Under the pieces are notes generated by a model. The model saw only the letters and a program-made list of their open reading frames with translations. It was not told where the DNA came from and searched no databases. Positions 61,160 to 64,000 of a stretch of DNA of 64,000 nucleotides are shown piece after piece; position 1 is the stretch's first letter; each line of letters starts with the position of its first letter. A program made the translations under genes and the position numbers. Source of the stretch: Podarcis cretensis (lineage: Eukaryota); assembly GCA_951804945.1 (NCBI GenBank), contig OX638164.1, positions 12,338,001 to 12,402,000 on the forward strand. The letters run 5' to 3'.

Positions 61160-62959
61160 ATTACCAGCCAAAAACATTCATCTTCACCCAGGCCAATGGC
61201 TATTAAATAATCTATGGCCCGTGAAAGTGTAGGGAAAGCAGACTGTCATTACGATGGTTATTTTATTATTAGGCTGTCTCCCACTATGTTTTTATCATTG
61301 ATGTTCTGTAATGTGGTTTTAAAGTTGTACACAGCCCTGGAAACTTCTGATAAAGGGCAGCATATTAATGGAATAAATAATATTTCGCAACACCAATAAA
61401 ATATTACGTATAGTACTTCCAATGTTCTAGCTTGTTCAAAGCTTGTTTTATTCCCTGCACCCCTCAAAGAAAGATCAGAACACCATTATTTTTTCCAGTT
61501 CTTTTACAAGTTGGTTTTGTAAATAAAATTAATTTATTCTACAGCACATTAAAACTTTTTTTCACATTTAAAAAAATCGTATTTACAAATTAACATTTCA
61601 TTTTGTAATTGCAGCTCCTTTGGTCCTCATTTTCTTCCTTCGTTCTGATTGGCACAGAAGAAATCAATATGGACAAGGGTGCAATTCCAGCCATAATTCT
61701 CCATGAAGAAGGGCCCAGCAGTGGACTATAGCTCTTGTGAACATCATTAATCCCTTTCTTGAGGGGTGGTGGTGGAGCAGGTATGAGGTTATCTACAAAG
61801 GTCCCCTCCTTGCTTTTGTATCACATTGTACCACGTGTCCCTGTTGCAAAAAAATTTCCCAGTATGTTACATCCCCGCACAATAAGGCTGCAATGCCTTC
61901 ATTTATAGACATAAAGACAGGTTCTGGATTTGAAAGTCAAGAGGCATTTATCTCATAGGATGGCTTGCTGCTCTAAAAGGTGCTACTGATCAAATGCCAC
62001 GATTCAGAACTTTCTTTAAAGGAAGAGGTGCAACCAGCAGCTGCCTATGACATCTATTCCTGGTGAAGAATGGAAAGGCACCACTTCCGTCAAGAGTTTC
62101 CCAGAAATCTTAAAGAAAACCATGGAAACAGGTAGGTGGTAAGGCTACCAACTGAGAACCGGTCCCAAGAAAACAAACAGGCAAGGTGGTTTTGCATTCT
62201 GCATTCAAAGCTCTCATAGTTGTGGTGTTTGGCCTACTGATGGGACAAGTAGTTGTTCTTCAGCGTGGGACAAATGTAAGATCACCTACAAATTAAGAAC
62301 AACTTTGGTCAATTTAACACAAATTACTCATCTGGAAACTCCCTTTGGTGCAACATCTTTACTGCACGTGCTCATGTAATATTGATAGGAATTATTTAGG
62401 TTTATATTTAAACTAATATTAATATTTGAAGTCCATCTTCTAATTTGACCCTATTATAACTATGTCCCTTCCTCCCTTCCTTCCTTCCAACAGGAACTTT
62501 TTTTTTTAGTCAAAGGAATGAATACCTCACACCTGGAATTACTGCTTTCGTACACAATTATCAGTTGGGCATGTTTTGAAACCGCAGTACTGCTGTTACA
62601 TTGCCAAGCTGATCTGATAGGTGAGTGACAATGTGACAGGCTAATAAGAGCAAACACTTCTTTAAGAGTGGCTGCTAAGTGACACATCTCTCCAATCTCC
62701 CTGGTTTAGACTGCAATCCCAAACAGACTCGGTGGAAGCAAGGGTCAAATGAACATAGCAAGGCTTCTTTTCAAGTAAACATAAACAGGATTGCACTAGT
62801 CATGTTGCAAACCTAACACAGTAGTTTCATCAGTTTCAGTATTCACACACAGGTGCTGGAACAGTGCAGGGACCACCACCCCCTCCCTTTATCTCCAACA
62901 TCCCACTTGATTTTGATTCTGGGTTGATGTTTAGCTTAGCTAGTAGTTTAGGGGGGGAA

Positions 62960-63380
62960 AGAGCAAGGGAGAGATGACAGAGGTGTATAAAATTATATAT
63001 GGCAGGGAGAAAGTGGGTAGAGGAAGGTCTTTGTCCCTCTTGCCTAACCACCAGGGCCATCCATGAAACTGAAGGGTGGAAGATTGAGGACAGAGAAAAG
63101 GAAGGAGTTCTTTACACAGTGCAGTTAAGCCGAGGAATTTGCTGCTGCGAGATGCAGTAGTGGCCACCAATTTGAATGGCTTTGAAATACGTATTTGCAG
63201 AGGATAAGGCTATCATGCTGGCTACATTGCTTCCAACATCACAGGCAGTATGTCTCAGTACCACTTGCAGTTGCTGTTGTACTTGAGCCCTGCTCTGGTT
63301 GGCCACTGTGAGAAAAGGATGCTGGACTACAGAAGCCTTTCGTCTCATTCCCAGAGGCTCTTCTTTCCTTATGCTCTTAC
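62960..63380 (+). mobile_element. CR1 LINE 3' end, second subfamily (related fragments at ~8490-8580, 33340-33430, 44890-45100, 54195-54560)
   Basis: GEMTEVYKII-type ORF end and 3' UTR GGTTGGCCACTGTGAGAA..GGATGCTGGACTA, repeated across the window. Confidence 0.75.
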
Positions 63381-64000
63381 AAAGGAGTTAATGGGCATTG
63401 TTTGGGGCTAGATTTCTTTGCCTTTAGCTTAAGACTCTTCAGTTAATTTGAGTTCTGAGGCTGCTTGGTTGAAGTTGTTTGATTTATACATATTAATGCT
63501 GAACAGGAATTTCTGTAAGCTAGACAAGGACAGGTTTATGATGACGAGTTTGCAGCTTCCTGTCTCTGCTCCGGGCAGGCTTCATTAAGTAACTGTATAC
63601 AGTGGGTCAGAAACCTGAGATTCCTTGAAGATTAAGCCATAATCTGTTATAGCTCAGTTTACAGGATTCTAGTGGCTCTATCCCATCACAAGCATGTATT
63701 AGAACAAGGGTGGGCAGTAGGTAGATCAAACCTACTAGCAGAGCGCCAGATAATTTGAAAAAGATTGACATGGGACTCTGACTTCCTCTTGTGTAATAAT
63801 TGGGGGGCGGTATTTTCCCCTTCCCTCAATTAGGCTGCTGAAGTCAATGTAGCTTGTGAGTAAACCAGAAATGGGTTTTTTTTTGGGGGGGGGGTTGAAA
63901 TCTCTGCTCTGTAGTAGCTCAGGTATGCTTTGTATAGGCTAGTCACCCACTGTATGACTCATAGGGTACATGCATATATTTCAACACCACTTTGCACTTG

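Noticed and set aside
61600-64000. SH2B2 coding exons expected from synteny
   Set aside because: No matching reading frame seen. The region is UTR-like sequence plus a CR1 fragment.
1-64000. A novel multi-gene system
   Set aside because: All long ORFs are explained by four known vertebrate genes and known retroelement classes. The unusual signals concern insertion mechanism and local structure.

Overview
Vertebrate genomic DNA, most likely from a lacertid lizard (inferred from Sauria SINEs, BovB and the MITE families; the species cannot be determined from the sequence). It holds the conserved block LRWD1(-, 5' part only) / ALKBH4(+) / ORAI2(-) / PRKRIP1(-). I reconstructed all coding exons of ALKBH4 (338 aa), ORAI2 (257 aa) and PRKRIP1 (184 aa), and the first five coding exons of LRWD1, from GT-AG boundaries and phase. 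LRWD1 and ALKBH4 share a CpG-island bidirectional promoter. Introns and intergenic DNA are dense in transposons: BovB/RTE, CR1, L2, L1, Sauria SINE, a tRNA-Lys SINE, hAT and Tc1/mariner MITEs, and solo LTRs. I found no convincing new multi-gene system. The most unusual structure is just upstream of the probable ORAI2 first exon. A young BovB LINE with an uninterrupted 931-codon ORF has an inverted 5' end (twin-priming geometry). It is inserted into the long target-site duplication of an older BovB fragment, which itself carries a 21-nt patch identical to nearby DNA. Other points of interest are a probable LTR ending 13 nt before the ORAI2 terminal acceptor AG, an N-glycosylation sequon in ORAI2, and several near-perfect hairpins. 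Gene and repeat-family names rest on my recollection of known sequences, not on database searches.
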